NCBI RefSeq assembly: GCF_009834535.1
Contig: NC_045697.1
Location: 103,480,001 to 103,544,000, forward strand
Direction of reading: 5' to 3'
DNA: 64,000 bases
Origin: Camelus ferus
Taxonomy: Eukaryota
Shown: positions 1 through 12,260 of the stretch, one piece after another
Layout: each line of letters opens with the position of its first letter
Position numbering within the stretch: the first letter of the stretch is position 1
Program-made: the position numbers and the translations under genes
The notes under the pieces: model-generated
Told to the model about the DNA's origin: nothing
The model's input: the letters and a program-made list of their open reading frames with translations, nothing else
The model's database searches: none

Positions 1-2704
1 TTGTGAAATTTAATGGAGCTCATATAAAGCTCCTGGCACACAGCTTACGAAGCAAATGCTAGGTCCCTTTCTTGTAAAGTACTGTTTGGTAACATTGGCT
101 CAAACTCTGTGCTTTTGTGTAAATTGGAAAAAGGTTCTGTGGAGGGAGCGGGATGCAGTAGGACGGCATAGTCTTCCTAGTTGCCTTATTCTGGCCTTCC
201 TTTCCTCTTAAACCCCCACCTTGTCTCAGGTGTTCAAATGCCTATGTGCCTAAATGCGCCTACATGTGCCCATTAGCAATAATTCACAAATGCTGTACAA
301 CAGATGCTAAGCTTTGGGAGGGTGGGAAAGCTCTCTGTTTAACTTCATGTAAGCATGAAGTGTCTCTTGACTTACGGGCTCCAAACAATTATATTGCGAT
401 GAAACTGGAAATCACTTAAACTTCTCATGTTATGAAAAGTGCTTGCTGGTTGGGAATGGTGTAGGTGTTCATTTTTATGTAGGCTTTCATAGAAATATAA
501 TGAGGACAGTTTTATATGGTAAGCTTTCAGTTAGCCTTGCTATGGAGATATCAGAGAGCTCAGGAAACATCCAGAAACTTCATCTGAGTGATTGCCTTTT
601 GAGCTAACAGAAAAGATAATAGATTCAAGTGTCTATTCCTTTTTGTTATGTTTTTCATTCTAGAGAATTTGTGAAAGAAAAATATGGAGTCAAAGTAATC
701 AGCAGCAATAAAGATTAAGGAAGGGACTGAACAATGAAAAGATCTCTACTACTGCGGCGATCTCATGAGATGCCTACTGAAAATCAACCTGGCCAAAATG
801 ATTGTCTTCAGTTCTCTCTTGTCTATCTCTAGACCGAAGCCCAGAGCTTCTTATTACTAAGCATAGCCCAATGAGGAGGAAAGAGTGGAGAGAACAGTCA
901 GGAAGGAGGCTGGGTGACCAGGGCCTGCCATGTGTGTTGTGCACTGCACAACACAAGAGAGCACCATTCACATGAACAACTGAGCATGCATAATCCTTAA
1001 AGAAGATGTCAAAGTAAGGAATAGAAAAGAACTTCAGCGGCACAGAAGGGTCCCTAGTCTCTGAAAATGTCTCAGAATCCAACTCTATGGGTGGAGCCCA
1101 TTTTTATCTCACTACACAAACAAGTTGACAGGTTGTGGAGAATCCAAGTCCATAATGTAGATAATATATAGAACTATTCAGTGGGATACCTCCCAAGAAC
1201 ATGGGAATAAAGAGAATAAAGCTAATAGGAACCAACATGTAATAAGTAAGCTTACCCATCCGGAAAAGTTACCCAAAAGATTAAAACTGAGTAGCAAGTA
1301 CATGTGATAAACACTCAAATCTAATTTTAAAAGTAGATCCAACAGCCCCTGACGTTTGCTGGGTAGTTTCTTGTATTTATAAAGATAAGAAAAGGCCACA
1401 GTAATCAACACTGGGATAGAAACATGAAGAAGCTCATCTTTAATAAAGTTCCATTATTTAACGAAGACCCGCATTTTTCCATCAGTAAATACATGTGAGG
1501 GGTCCAGGGTATACAGTTTTTGCAGCTCTGAGAATGAACTTACCAGATGTGTAGGGGAAAAAATGTACTGCAGAGTTTTGAAGAGTGTCTCGAGTTTCGT
1601 TGCTTTGGTTGGAAGCGTAAAGTGGGTGCCTCCCCGAAGGCCCCTTCTATTTATGTATGAAATTGAAGGTAAATTCACGAGCTCTTTTTAGCTTTAAGGT
1701 TCAACTGATGGGTGATAACACACAGAGAAGAGCAGCAGGAAGAAATCATTCCTTTCCCTGCACTGTTGTTGTTCTTCTGCACTTGTGTGTGACTAAATTC
1801 TTTAATTTTGGTAAAGCAATATGCTACTCCAAATGCTTTGCTTCGAATCTGAATAGAGCGCCTTTGGTGTAAGCAATGCAGGACGGTTGTTTAAAAATGT
1901 GATTTGGAGATCAAGTTCTTCACCTAATATGGTCAAGGTCTATCTGGAACTCTTTCATGTGAAAGTCGCGACGACAGATTAAGGACAAGTTTACACTGCA
2001 GACTGAAAGTAGAAATGTCTTTTTGACCAATATTTAATTTCTTGCTCTTTCAGATTCCAGTTTGGTAAGACTTTGCAGATTGAGTATTAAGACTATATTA
2101 CTGCCTTGAGTAGAGAAAGAATTCGAGTCCGTATAATGGCATGGCAAGCACTCGGAGAGGTCCACTGCTTATCTTCATGGCACATTGATGGCTACTGACT
2201 TGTGACCCGTTAGTCGGTCAAGTTCATTGTCAGTAGCCATCATATTATCCTAACCTCTCCTGCTGACCACCGAGCAAATGAACCAGAAGATAAGGTTCTT
2301 TCCTGGGTCGTTAACTTTTTCCATTTTGGCAAATTTATATCTTTCCTAAAGTAGCAAAGTAGCATTAAGCATCGTAATTTCAAGAACCGAAGCAGAGGTG
2401 TTACGAAAAGAAGCCAGATGGCTTCCCATACAGTGGTGGGGTGATGGTGAGGCTCCCACTGTCCCAAGATTTTCAGGTCTAGATCTGGTTCCGTTTGGAC
2501 AACCAGAGTTGATAGGGCTTTGAGGTACTGACAAATAACCAAACTCACAAGGAACTGATGTAAAAACCAACCATCGAATGTTTTAGTTACGGTGGTAAAT
2601 ATTACCATATCTTGAATGGATTATTTATGCTCGATATTCAGGGAACACTCTTGTAAAGAACCTTGGTTTCTGAGAAGTTGAGTGAATTTCACAAAGATGT
2701 TGGC

Positions 2705-3326
2705 TGAATCAGCCAGGGTCCAAAAAAGAGAGAGGAAAAGCCACTCAGTAATTCAAACAGGGAATGTTTAATATCCAGGATTATTAGGTATAAGGAAGTC
2801 ACTAGTAAGAACTATAAGTAACTCTGAGGCATACAAGAAGGGCAGAGACAAGGAAGAGCCAGGAGCCCTAGGCTAGAGTACCCAAGGAAGAAACAGACCT
2901 TGTTGGAGAGGGTGCAGCCATGGCTCACTGGCTGGCTGACAGGTCACTGAGATGCTCTGCCAGTAGAACTTGCTGGAAACCCACCCTAGGGCTTCAGGGG
3001 GACCATCCACAGAGAGGCACCACACCTTGAAATGTACTGTGAAGTCGCAGGGGAGGTGCTCTTGGCCCCTGCGTGCTGTTGGCTGCTGCCGGCTGCAGGA
3101 GCCTGGCAGTGGAGTGTCCACACACAACAGAAGGTTCTGGGGAGGAGCACAGAGCAGAACAGGGGAAAAACCCTTCCTCCCCTGGCATCCTTCCTTACTC
3201 TCTCCTGGCACAACACCCTGCCAGATGGAAAAAGAGAACTATTTACAGGGCCCCCCTCAATTCTCATACAGTAGATAATGAAGGGTGGATTTGGAACTGA
3301 GAGGCACTACGTTGACAACTGGCACA
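2705..3326 (-). mobile_element. Ancient ERVL-class solo LTR (LTR41-like)
   Basis: AGCCAGGGTCC...GGAATGTTTAATAT start and GGATTTGGAACTGAGAGGC...AACTGGCACA end. Confidence 0.6.
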
Positions 3327-3979
3327 CTTGCCAAGTCAGTCGGCATGAAATTAGTTCATAGAAAGGGAGACAATTTTGAAAAATACATTATTCATGCCAA
3401 GGAAAATCCAGTAAATGCTCCCTGTCCTAAACCAGAGCAGACCTCTCTGTTCGAGGAACGTGTCTGTGGATTCCAGCCCCCTATCTCTTGGATGGTTCTG
3501 GATAAACACAACCCAATTCATGTCCCCTTTTCTACGTTCTCTGATGACCATCGTCCTGCTGTCTGGGCGGGTTATAATACAACCAACCTGGTTTTAATTT
3601 CCTCACATTCATTTTCATGGCCTATCTCCCTCCTATTATAATCCTATTACTTTGATTAATCTTGGGTGTTGCCTCATGGCTTCACTCATAATGACGATCT
3701 TTGGGCAACAGCTAGAGATAGCTAACTTTCCAGGCGGAATTCCAGACCCAAGATGAACTTAATTCCAAGCTACAAACTCTCTCTCACGATGGACTCCTTT
3801 ATGCCTATGGAAGGAGCCCTAATGCTCTCCACCCGGACCTGAGAGAGGTAAAACCATGTATCTTTTTAGGCCAAGAGCGTTTAATTTCATGAAGTACTCA
3901 AGAACTTAGTGGCCTTCCTAACAACCTTTGTTATTCCCTGGAAATAAGCTTTGCAAAAGGGGAATTAATAAAATAAATG

Positions 3980-4282
3980 AAACTCCCAATTTATCCCTTC
4001 CCACCCCCTTCCCCCCTGGTTTGTTTTCTATGTCTGTGAGTCTGTTTCTGTTTTATAAATAACTTCATTTGTCTTTTTTTTAATATAAAATAGATAAACA
4101 AGTTTATACTGTATAGCACAGGGAACTATATTCAATATCTCATAGCATGAAAACGAATATATGTATGTTCCTGTATGACTGAAGCATTGTGCTGTACACC
4201 AGAAATTGACACAGCCTTGTAAACTGACTATACTTCAATAAAAAAGTAAATAAAATAGAATAAAATAAAATAAAATAAAATA
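3980..4282 (+). mobile_element. Short L1 3' end with 5' inversion
   Basis: 3980-4080 is antisense L1 3' UTR; 4082-4282 is sense (GTATAGCACAGGGAACTATATTCAA...TCAATAAAA plus A-rich tail). Confidence 0.85.
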
Positions 4283-4314
4283 AGCCGGATCGTGTAATCA
4301 GGAAAGGAAAGTAT

Positions 4315-4478
4315 TTACCAGCTGTGTAACTTCAGTCACCCTCTGTGCCTTGCTTTTTCACAAAGCAAAATGTGGCTACTAATAGCAACCATTTCATTGG
4401 GTTACTGTGAAAATCAGTGCATGTTAAAGCACTTAAGCCAGTGCCTGGTACAGAGTGAACGCTTGTAAGTGGTAAGTG
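4315..4478 (+). mobile_element. MIR SINE (further copies near 7660-7790, 12780-12930, 15890-15990, 16760-16910, 30590-30700, 51135-51330)
   Basis: CTCTGTGCCTTGCTTTT...TAAAGCACTTAAGCCAGTGCCTGGTACAGAG. Confidence 0.75.
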
Positions 4479-4756
4479 TGACCTGATGTGAAAGCTAAGA
4501 AATGACTGAGAAAATTATGCCCATTTTGAAAGAATAAGGTCAGTAAGAAGAAAGAATTATAATGAATTTTTTAAATAAAAAGAAGGTGTTGTACCCATTG
4601 GAACTGGACTAAGTCTACTTCCATTGATTCTATTTATTAAGCATAGTGGGGACATGTGAAAATTTAGAAGATCTGTTCATTTAGGGCCTAAAAACCTTGA
4701 AGGAAACAGACTCCGGAGAGTTCATGATGAATTGCAATGCTTGGTGCAACATTTAT

Positions 4757-4774
4757 TGTCACTAGATGGCGCTG
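4757..4774 (+). promoter_or_regulatory. Candidate CTCF site
   Basis: TGTCACTAGATGGCGCTG closely matches the core CCASYAGRKGGCRS and retains its CpG in AT-rich DNA. Confidence 0.6.
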
Positions 4775-5117
4775 TAGAGCAATTAAGCTTTGTGCTTGTT
4801 AAACGTGATTTTAAACATTTTTAAAAATTAGATTATTTTTATACAAACATCCTGCACAGGCACAGGTAGTTATGTGAACTGAAAATAATGTGAGGATGTC
4901 TACCAGGTCTTTCACTCTTAAATAGCTGGTCTGGTAAGGGTGAAATACCTTGAGGGCAAGCGGACTAGAAGGGATGGTACAGACTTCACGAGGAGAAGTG
5001 AACACAAACCGAAGTCAGACTCGGTTGCCAGCTGGGATTGTTAAATGACAACAGAGCAACCAGGGTTCAGGGTCAAACTGTCAAAGCTAAGCTGGCATCG
5101 CCACAATGGAAACATGA

Positions 5118-5303
5118 GCGAAACAGACATATCCAAAAGAGAGCCCTGGAAGAGCATGGTTTGATACCATTATTTTTATGTTCGTTCCCAGCACTATTGC
5201 TGACGTTTTACTGTCTAGTCCTTACAAACAATGCTAAATGGAAATTACGTATTTTTTCTAGTCTTACTTTGGATTAGTATTTTCACTTTGAAAGGGGGCA
5301 TGT
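5118..5303 (+). repeat. Copy 1 of a 186-bp local direct duplication
   Basis: Ungapped match to 6290-6475, 26 mismatches by hand count. Confidence 0.95.
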
Positions 5304-6289
5304 GTTTAAAAGACGTAAGCAGTGATATAAAAAATTTTGCATTTAGGACAGAGTAGAGCACCTTTAAGGAGGGAGGGAGTGAAGTCGTGAGACAGGAAGT
5401 CAAGCAACATAGGAGTGTGTTTTATAGACAGATGTTACAGAGGCTATAAAGAAAGAAGAGACGGTGCTGGCCATGATTAGACGTTTGACTCACACTACAG
5501 TGCAGTAAAACCAGTCGATTCAGCTCATTGCCTTCAATCTCCTCTATCAGTACAGCCTTGCCAATTTTTAAACCAGCCAGCAGAGAACAAGAATGACTGG
5601 ATGGTCGTGCTGCAGTCCATTTATTGTACTACACAGGGCTCTCGCTATAACATCAGAAGGGAGCAGGTTGCTCTTAACCTATAGATTAATGGCTTTTGAT
5701 GGGAACTTAGACGGAGATCAGGGAAGTCAGCTGCTGTGGCTCAAACTTAAGAAATGGTGGAGAAAGGAAGCAATCTAACAGCCTGGGAATAAAGAAGAAA
5801 TGGAGATAAGACGTTCACAAGGTGAAGAAATGAAGAGGAAATAGAAAGGAACTTAAAAGGAAATTATTCCCTGGCTTCAGAAATTAACTGCTGATTCTTC
5901 CTGTGGTAAGTTGGAGCCTTCAACAGTCAGCGATGTCTGTGCTGTGTTGAGGGAAACGTCTGTCTGTCTTGTAACTCAGGAAACTTGTTGTTGCCCAAAG
6001 GTATAACATTTCAGTCATCTGGACCTTAGAACTCCAAGTTTTAGTGGTTTGAGTGTTGTAATCTTTTCAGTCTCCACCAAGTTCACGACAACCGTGTATT
6101 GATCCTTCACTATCTTCGGATTAATCGACTTTACATCTGAGTTACAGAATTCCTACGTTAGATACCTTCTTAAAATTAACCGAGGGCAAACGTGTGTAAT
6201 TCTTAGGTATTGCCTTGGCCCTGAAAGTTCAGGTGATAATTCGGTTTTTCAAAAGTCAGTTACTGAGTATAATGATACAGAGAAAATGG

Positions 6290-6475
6290 GCGAAACAGAC
6301 ACATCCAAAAGAGATCCTGGGAAGAGCATGGTTTGATATCATTACTTTTATGTTCATCGCCAACACTGTTGCTGATGCTTTACTATCTAGGTCATATAAA
6401 CTACGCTAAATTGAAACTATATATTTTTTCTAGTCTTACTTTGGATTAGTATTTGCGCTTTGAAAGGGGGCATGT
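6290..6475 (+). repeat. Copy 2 of a 186-bp local direct duplication
   Basis: Ungapped match to 5118-5303. Confidence 0.95.
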
Positions 6476-6979
6476 TACAGAGGGCTATTTCTGTTGCAGC
6501 TGGTATGGGACTCCCATCTTTGAGGAGGTTTTGCTGAGCTGGGACTGGGCCAGTCATTCTGGGGGCTCCATATGGTGGGAGGTGAGGCGGGGGTGGGTCT
6601 GGGGGGAGGGCACTAAGGCAGAGGAAGAGATGCTGGTGAGACGGTAGGAAGTGAAGCAGTCCTCGTTGTCATCTCTCCCATGGCCCGTCAAATCTGCTAC
6701 CACGTTACCCAGCACATGACATGCTTGGCGTGAGTAGGTCCAAGGATTTTAGAGAAAACTTTGAAGGGACTGGATTGTGTATCTGGCTGGCATGTTTGAA
6801 CTTAGGGGTGAAGATGAAGGAGGAACCATGAGAAAGTATGATGGTGAGTGTCCTAACATTGGTTTACTGTAGTCACGTAGAGCTGATGGTACGTCATTTG
6901 GCAAGAGAGTCAGACCCACCATACCACACTCACCCTAACAGGGTGTAAAGTAAACAGTGACATTAGTGAACTTGAAAGC

Positions 6980-7510
6980 TCCTTCTTTTTTAAGGCTGGA
7001 TAGTAGTCTATTGTGTGTGTGTATGTATGTATGTATGTATGTATGTATGTATGTATGTATGTATATATATATATATATATAACATTTTCTTCATCTGTTC
7101 ATGTGTTGATGGACATTGAGTTGTTTCCCCATCTTGATTTTTGTGAATAACGCTGCAGTGAACTTAGGAATGTTAGTATTCGAGAACAACATGCAACAAC
7201 GTGAACCTTGAGGACATCATGCTAAGTTAAATAAGCCAGTCACAAAAGACAACACCTGCACGATTTCATTCATATGAGGTATCTAAAAGAGTCAGATTCC
7301 ATAGAATCAGAGGAAGTTGGAGGTTGCCAGGGGCCTGGGAGGGGGCTCACGGGGAGGCAGTAATCAATGAGCAAACAGTGTTAATTCAGTGAGATGAAAG
7401 CTCTAGAGATCTGTTGTACAATATTGTGACTAGTCAGTAATACTAGACGGTACACTTAAAAATGGTTAAGAATGTAGATCTCACATTAAGTGTTCTTACC
7501 ACAAAAAAAA
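6980..7510. mobile_element. L1M 3' fragments (antisense ~6980-7175, sense ~7190-7510) with an internal (TATG)n(TA)n microsatellite
   Basis: GCTGGATAGTAGTCTATTGTG and AACCTTGAGGACATCATGCTAAG...AAGTGTTCTTACCACA. Confidence 0.8.
7012..7080. repeat. Compound (TG)/(TATG)n/(TA)n microsatellite
   Basis: Read directly. Confidence 0.95.
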
Positions 7511-7804
7511 CAGAGTAAGTACAAAGAAATGAATGAATGTGGAGATTAGTAAGGCGTTCCGTTCCCTCTACCACAGTCTGTGTGCAACCATGATGTTAGT
7601 AGCCAGGACCTCCCTGCAGCTTGAAGGGTTAGGCAAACTGAATAAAGGATACATTACCCCCTCAGTTTCCTTATCTGGAAAATGAGGACTCAGTGGAGCC
7701 TCCCCTGTTGATGTGGTGATAGTTAAAATAAAGCCCTTAGACTATTGCCTGTCGTATGGTTGAACATAGAATATACGTTAGCTCTTATTATCCTTTAAGA
7801 GTGA

Positions 7805-8148
7805 ACTGGGGAGCTGTTATTCAAAGGCCACAACGTTTCAGTTATGCTAGATGAACGGGGTCCAGGGATCAGCTGCGCAGCCAGGTGCCTGCAGTCAGCA
7901 ATACAGTGCTGTCAAATTTATGAGCGTGGATCTCATGTGGAGTGTTCTCACCACACATACACACACACACACAAAACAAACAAGGAAGGGACGCAGTGAA
8001 ACTCTGGGAGGGATTGGGTGTGTCTGTTACCTTGACTGTGGTCACAGGAGTTTGTGTACATCCAAATTCATCAGATTGTACATGTTAAATATGTGTAGAT
8101 CTTTGTATGTGGATTACACTTCAATAAAACTGCTATATATTTTTAAAA
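7805..8148 (+). mobile_element. L1M 3' end fragment
   Basis: TTTCAGTTATGCTAGATGAA...TACACTTCAATAAAACTG. Confidence 0.75.
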
Positions 8149-8315
8149 GACCTAGTCCAATACTCTCTGTAGTAGTAACAGATGAAGAAAACATCTTTAA
8201 TGTTTAAACTTTCCTCAGTTTGTGCTTTATTACCATGATTTCTGAACCCCCAGCAGATGTACCAACTCTGGAGAAAACCTTACTGTTCTAATGTGGGAAA
8301 AGACGCAGAATTCTT

Positions 8316-8786
8316 TTTTTTTTACTTATGTATTTTTGCTATTTATTTATTTATTTATGAAGTTTTTAATTGAAGTACAGTGGATGTACAATATTATGTA
8401 AGTTACAGGTGTACAATGTAGTGATTCATAATTTTTAAAGGTTATACTCCATTTATAGTTACTATAAAATATTGGCTGTACTCAGTGTTGTACAATATAT
8501 CCTTGCAGCTTATGTTATACCTACTAGCTTGTACCTCTTAATCCTCTGGTCCTGTATTGTCCCTCCCCCCTCACCTCTCCTCACTGGTAACCAATGGTTT
8601 CTTCTCTGTATCTGTGAGTCTGCTTCTTTTTTGTTATATTCACTAGTTTGTCATATTTTTTAGATTCCACATATAAGTGACATCATACAGTATTTGTCTT
8701 TCTCTGTCTGACTTATTTCACTTTGCCTCATGCCTTCCAAGTCCATCCATGTTGCCACAAATACTACTCAGCCATAAAAAAAAAAA
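8316..8786 (-). mobile_element. L1 3' end with short inverted 5' segment and TSD
   Basis: Antisense 3' UTR followed by sense AATACTACTCAGCCATAAAA; TSD AAAAGACGCAGAATTCTT (8298-8315) / AAAAGACCCAGAGTTCTT (8787-8804). Confidence 0.88.
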
Positions 8787-9389
8787 AAAAGACCCAGAGT
8801 TCTTAATGCTGTACAGCCCACCTTCCAGCTGCGGTCAAACGCCAGGCGTTAATCCCAAGAAAGATGAAGACTGAGGCTAAAGCAGAAAGAAATCAGAAGG
8901 GGAGAAATCATCCTTGGAATGACACCCAGTTAACAATGAAATCATACAGAACTAAAACTGAGCATTTTTTGGTCACACTCTCTGTGAGTGATTTTCATGC
9001 CTTGAAACTTTTCAAATATTTAAGGCAAGAAGAAATGAAATGCATGGCAACCAGTTAAGGTCATATTTTAGGATAAAAATGATAAAATATTAAAATGAAA
9101 GAAATAAATGTTCTCACTGAGATCCTGTGAAGATGAGTTATTCAGGGTAGGAAACACACGTGACCTCTAATCTATTATATAACAGGGTAGGGAGAATTGT
9201 GGTGAAGATCAAGTGTCGAGCAATGCCAAGAAATGAGGACATCATGGCAGGCACTGCTTCCTAATATTCTAACTTTATGGCTAAATTCAAGGGAAAGGAT
9301 GTCAAAGAAATAAGAGGAATAGTTGGCTAGCGTGAAATGGAGTTGGGAGTGTGGATCCTGGAGGCTTGAAAATGGTACCTTCAGTCAGG

Positions 9390-9730
9390 ACATCTGAGTG
9401 GTCAGGATGGACCAGGTCGTGCAGCAGTAACAGACAGCCCCAAGCCTCAGTGCCTAAACCAACACAGTTAGACTTCTTGCTCACAGGAGAGGCCTATCAT
9501 GAGCTGGTAGAGGCCTCTGTTCACTGTCACTTAGGGAGTGAGTTTGCCGATGGCATAGGCACCATCTTGAACCATTTCAGATCATATGCTGAGATCCAGA
9601 AATGACACATGCCACTTTTGCTCACAACTCCCTGGTTAGGACATTTCAAGGGGGTCAGAAAGTACAATCTTACCCTGTTGCCCAAAGTGAGGGAGGCATG
9701 AAAAGATGTGGAGAACGTTCCTAGTGATTC
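9390..9730 (-). mobile_element. Old MLT1 fragment
   Basis: GCAGTAACAGACAGCCCCAAGCCTCAGTG; GAAAGTACAATCTTACC. Confidence 0.55.
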
Positions 9731-9989
9731 CTATGAAGATCAACGTGGCACTTGCTGGAAGGCAAACCCTGTTTGCTTGGCTGGAAGCTTCACCCCTTCT
9801 TTATTCATGAGAAAAATGGCTCCTGACCCCAGTACTTAACGTGAGCAGAACATCTGTGGCTAAGATGTTCATTAAACTCAGGGTGACTTTAAGAAAAGGA
9901 TTTTAGATTTAATTTTAGTACTAATTGCCATACACATAATGGAAAGCCAATAGACAATGGGAACGGACAAGACCCTTAACAATCATCTA

Positions 9990-10375
9990 GTCTCAGAATC
10001 TTGAACTCACATGGTGACAGGGTCAAGGCGGGTAATGTGAATGGGCCGAGAGGGCCAGGATTCAGGAATGGTGGCAACAGAGTAACAGAGAGGATATGTA
10101 TGTCCTGCCTAAAGGGAGCAACTGCTTCTCAATGCCAGCTAATTGTCATCGTGACAGACATGAAGTGAATGTTGCCAGATTTTTCTGATTTTTTTAAGAG
10201 AAGCCAAAGACACAGATTTTTTTCCCCTTGTTTTTCACATTTAAAAATTTTCAATATTTTTAAAAACAATTTCTGATTTTTAAACAATGGTTTCAAAGTT
10301 TAACATTTTATAACACCATTTGAAACCAACGAGACGTGGCTAGAGTCCATGGCCCACGGGTTCGTGACGATGCAT
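9990..10375. mobile_element. hAT-Charlie fossil (MER102-like)
   Basis: CCTGCCTAAAGGGAGCAACTGC...GTTGCCAGATTTTTCTGATTTTTTTAAGAGAAGCC. Confidence 0.6.
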
Positions 10376-10424
10376 TTAGCAGTGCTTTTCACCACCTTTC
10401 TTCCAGCCCCCACCCCACGCCTCC

Positions 10425-10445
10425 CAGCAGCAGCAGCAGCAGCAG
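10425..10445. repeat. (CAG)7 repeat
   Basis: Read directly. Confidence 0.95.
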
Positions 10446-11344
10446 CAAACCTTTGGTCAGAGTTGAACTCAAGAGCCCAATCTGCAGCGTGGCTGTATCT
10501 GGGGCACTGCTCTGATTGGACCAGAGTGAGGGGCCCGGCCCTAAAATTCAGCTCTTTTCCCTCTTCTCCCAGGACTCAAGAAGCACAATTTGGAAACCAG
10601 GAAACAAGTGCAAACCTTTGCAGAAGGCAGCCCAGTCATCTCCTTCTGCAGGAGACAGACCCGTCAGACGTCTAACCTTGGCCCTGCTGCCCTTCTAGAG
10701 CATCAGCAGCTGTGCAGGGACCGCTCATCTAATGCACTGACCGGATGCCCACTGAAGCTCTCCATTTATTTAGACATTCACTGGGACTCTATTAGACATC
10801 ACTTCAGCTGGCAAGGGTCATCATCATCACCAAACGTGCCCTGAAAGACTCTGACATGGGATGCTCTGCTGGTAATAAGTGAGGCAAATGGTGCGGACAT
10901 TGCCGTCTCCAAGGAACACTTTTCTAAGGTGCGCGCGTCCATCTCAGCAAGCTCAAACACCCAGGCACCACCCTCTGAAGAATTTAAATTAATAAATTAA
11001 GGGGAGCAACATCTTGGGGAGCATCCATGCAGCAGGTGTTCTTTGTGCTGTGGGAGATGGAGAGTGTGAGCGGCATGACAGACTCAGGGGCAGGAATGGG
11101 AAGGGGTAAGTGGAATCATTGGCGTATGACAGTTTCAATAATTTCATAGTCATCATTGTATCTGCACCCAGACAGTTCAGGTCTGGAGATATATATTCTA
11201 TCTATGTATCTATGTATCTATCTGTCTATCTATCTATAATTTTCCAAGGAGTTTTACATTTAAATAAAAAATTATGCTATTTTTAAAAATTCAAATACGA
11301 ATATATACACAGAAAAAAAAAACATACGTCACCAATCATCTAAT

Positions 11345-11562
11345 CCAGGGGTCAAATTATGGCCCGTGGGCGAAATTCAGCCCACTAACTGTTTCTGTCT
11401 ATAAAGTTTTATTGAAACAGAGTCATGCCCATTTACTTCTATACTGTCAATGATCACTTTTATGCTACAGTGGCGGAGTTGAGTAGTTGCCTCACTGACT
11501 GTATGACCCACAAAGTCCAAACATTTACTAACTGGCTCTTTAGAAAAGTTTGCCTACTTCAT
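11345..11562. mobile_element. MER58A-like hAT element
   Basis: CAGGGGTCAAATTATGGCCCGTGGGC...TAAAGTTTTATTGAAACA...AAAAGTTTGCC. Confidence 0.85.
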
Positions 11563-11669
11563 ATCTAGTCCCACCAACCAAGAGCATTATCATTATTATT
11601 AGGCATATTTCCTTGTAATTTTTCTATGGGCACACATACATTGGAAAAAATAAAATCATGGTCTATATT

Positions 11670-11850
11670 AGTAGCCTCCAATAGAACTTTCTGCAAATGA
11701 TGGAAATATTCCATAGCTGACTGTCCAATATGATAGCTGTTAAATACGTGAAATGTGCCCTGTGCATCTGAGAAACTAGATTTTTAATTTTAATGATAAT
11801 TAAAATTTAAATGGCCTCATGTGACTAGAAGATGCCATATGGAACAGACT
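11670..11850. mobile_element. MER3-like element
   Basis: TCCAATAGAACTTTCTGCAAATGATGGAAATATT. Confidence 0.75.
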
Positions 11851-11879
11851 TTTCTTGGAATATTTTTATTTGCAGAATA

Positions 11880-12260
11880 TTTCATGATTATTTCTTCAAA
11901 TCATTAAATACGCCTTGTAAAACCCCTTGTTCTGACTGTATAATATTATAATGTATCGTTGTGTCATCATTTTCTTAACCAAGCCCTTCTGGTTGACACT
12001 TTGATTATTTCCCATTTTTCACTATTATAATCCATTTCTGTGATAAACAGTTCTGTGCTTACAAATATTTGTACATGTCTGTGGTGACTGACTTTGGATA
12101 AATTTCTAGATGCAGAACTCTTTGATCAAAGAACATAAATATTGTTTAGATTCTTGAAACGTACATAATTGCTAGTTAGAGAGATGCTTCCACTCTACTT
12201 ACTCAGCAGCAATACAGGAGAATGCCTGCTTTCCATCCTCTCCCATGTGTATTTTTAAAG
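11880..12260 (-). mobile_element. Old L1 (L1ME-like) fragment
   Basis: ATTTCCCATTTTTCACTATTATAA...GGATAAATTTCTAGATGCAGAA. Confidence 0.55.

Noticed and set aside
933..955. Perfect 11-bp inverted repeat TGTGTTGTGCA-C-TGCACAACACA
   Set aside because: Resembles the internal palindrome of MER91-type DNA-transposon fossils
10349..10675. Polyalanine ORF over (CAG)7
   Set aside because: Short microsatellite in a chance ORF beginning inside a MER fragment
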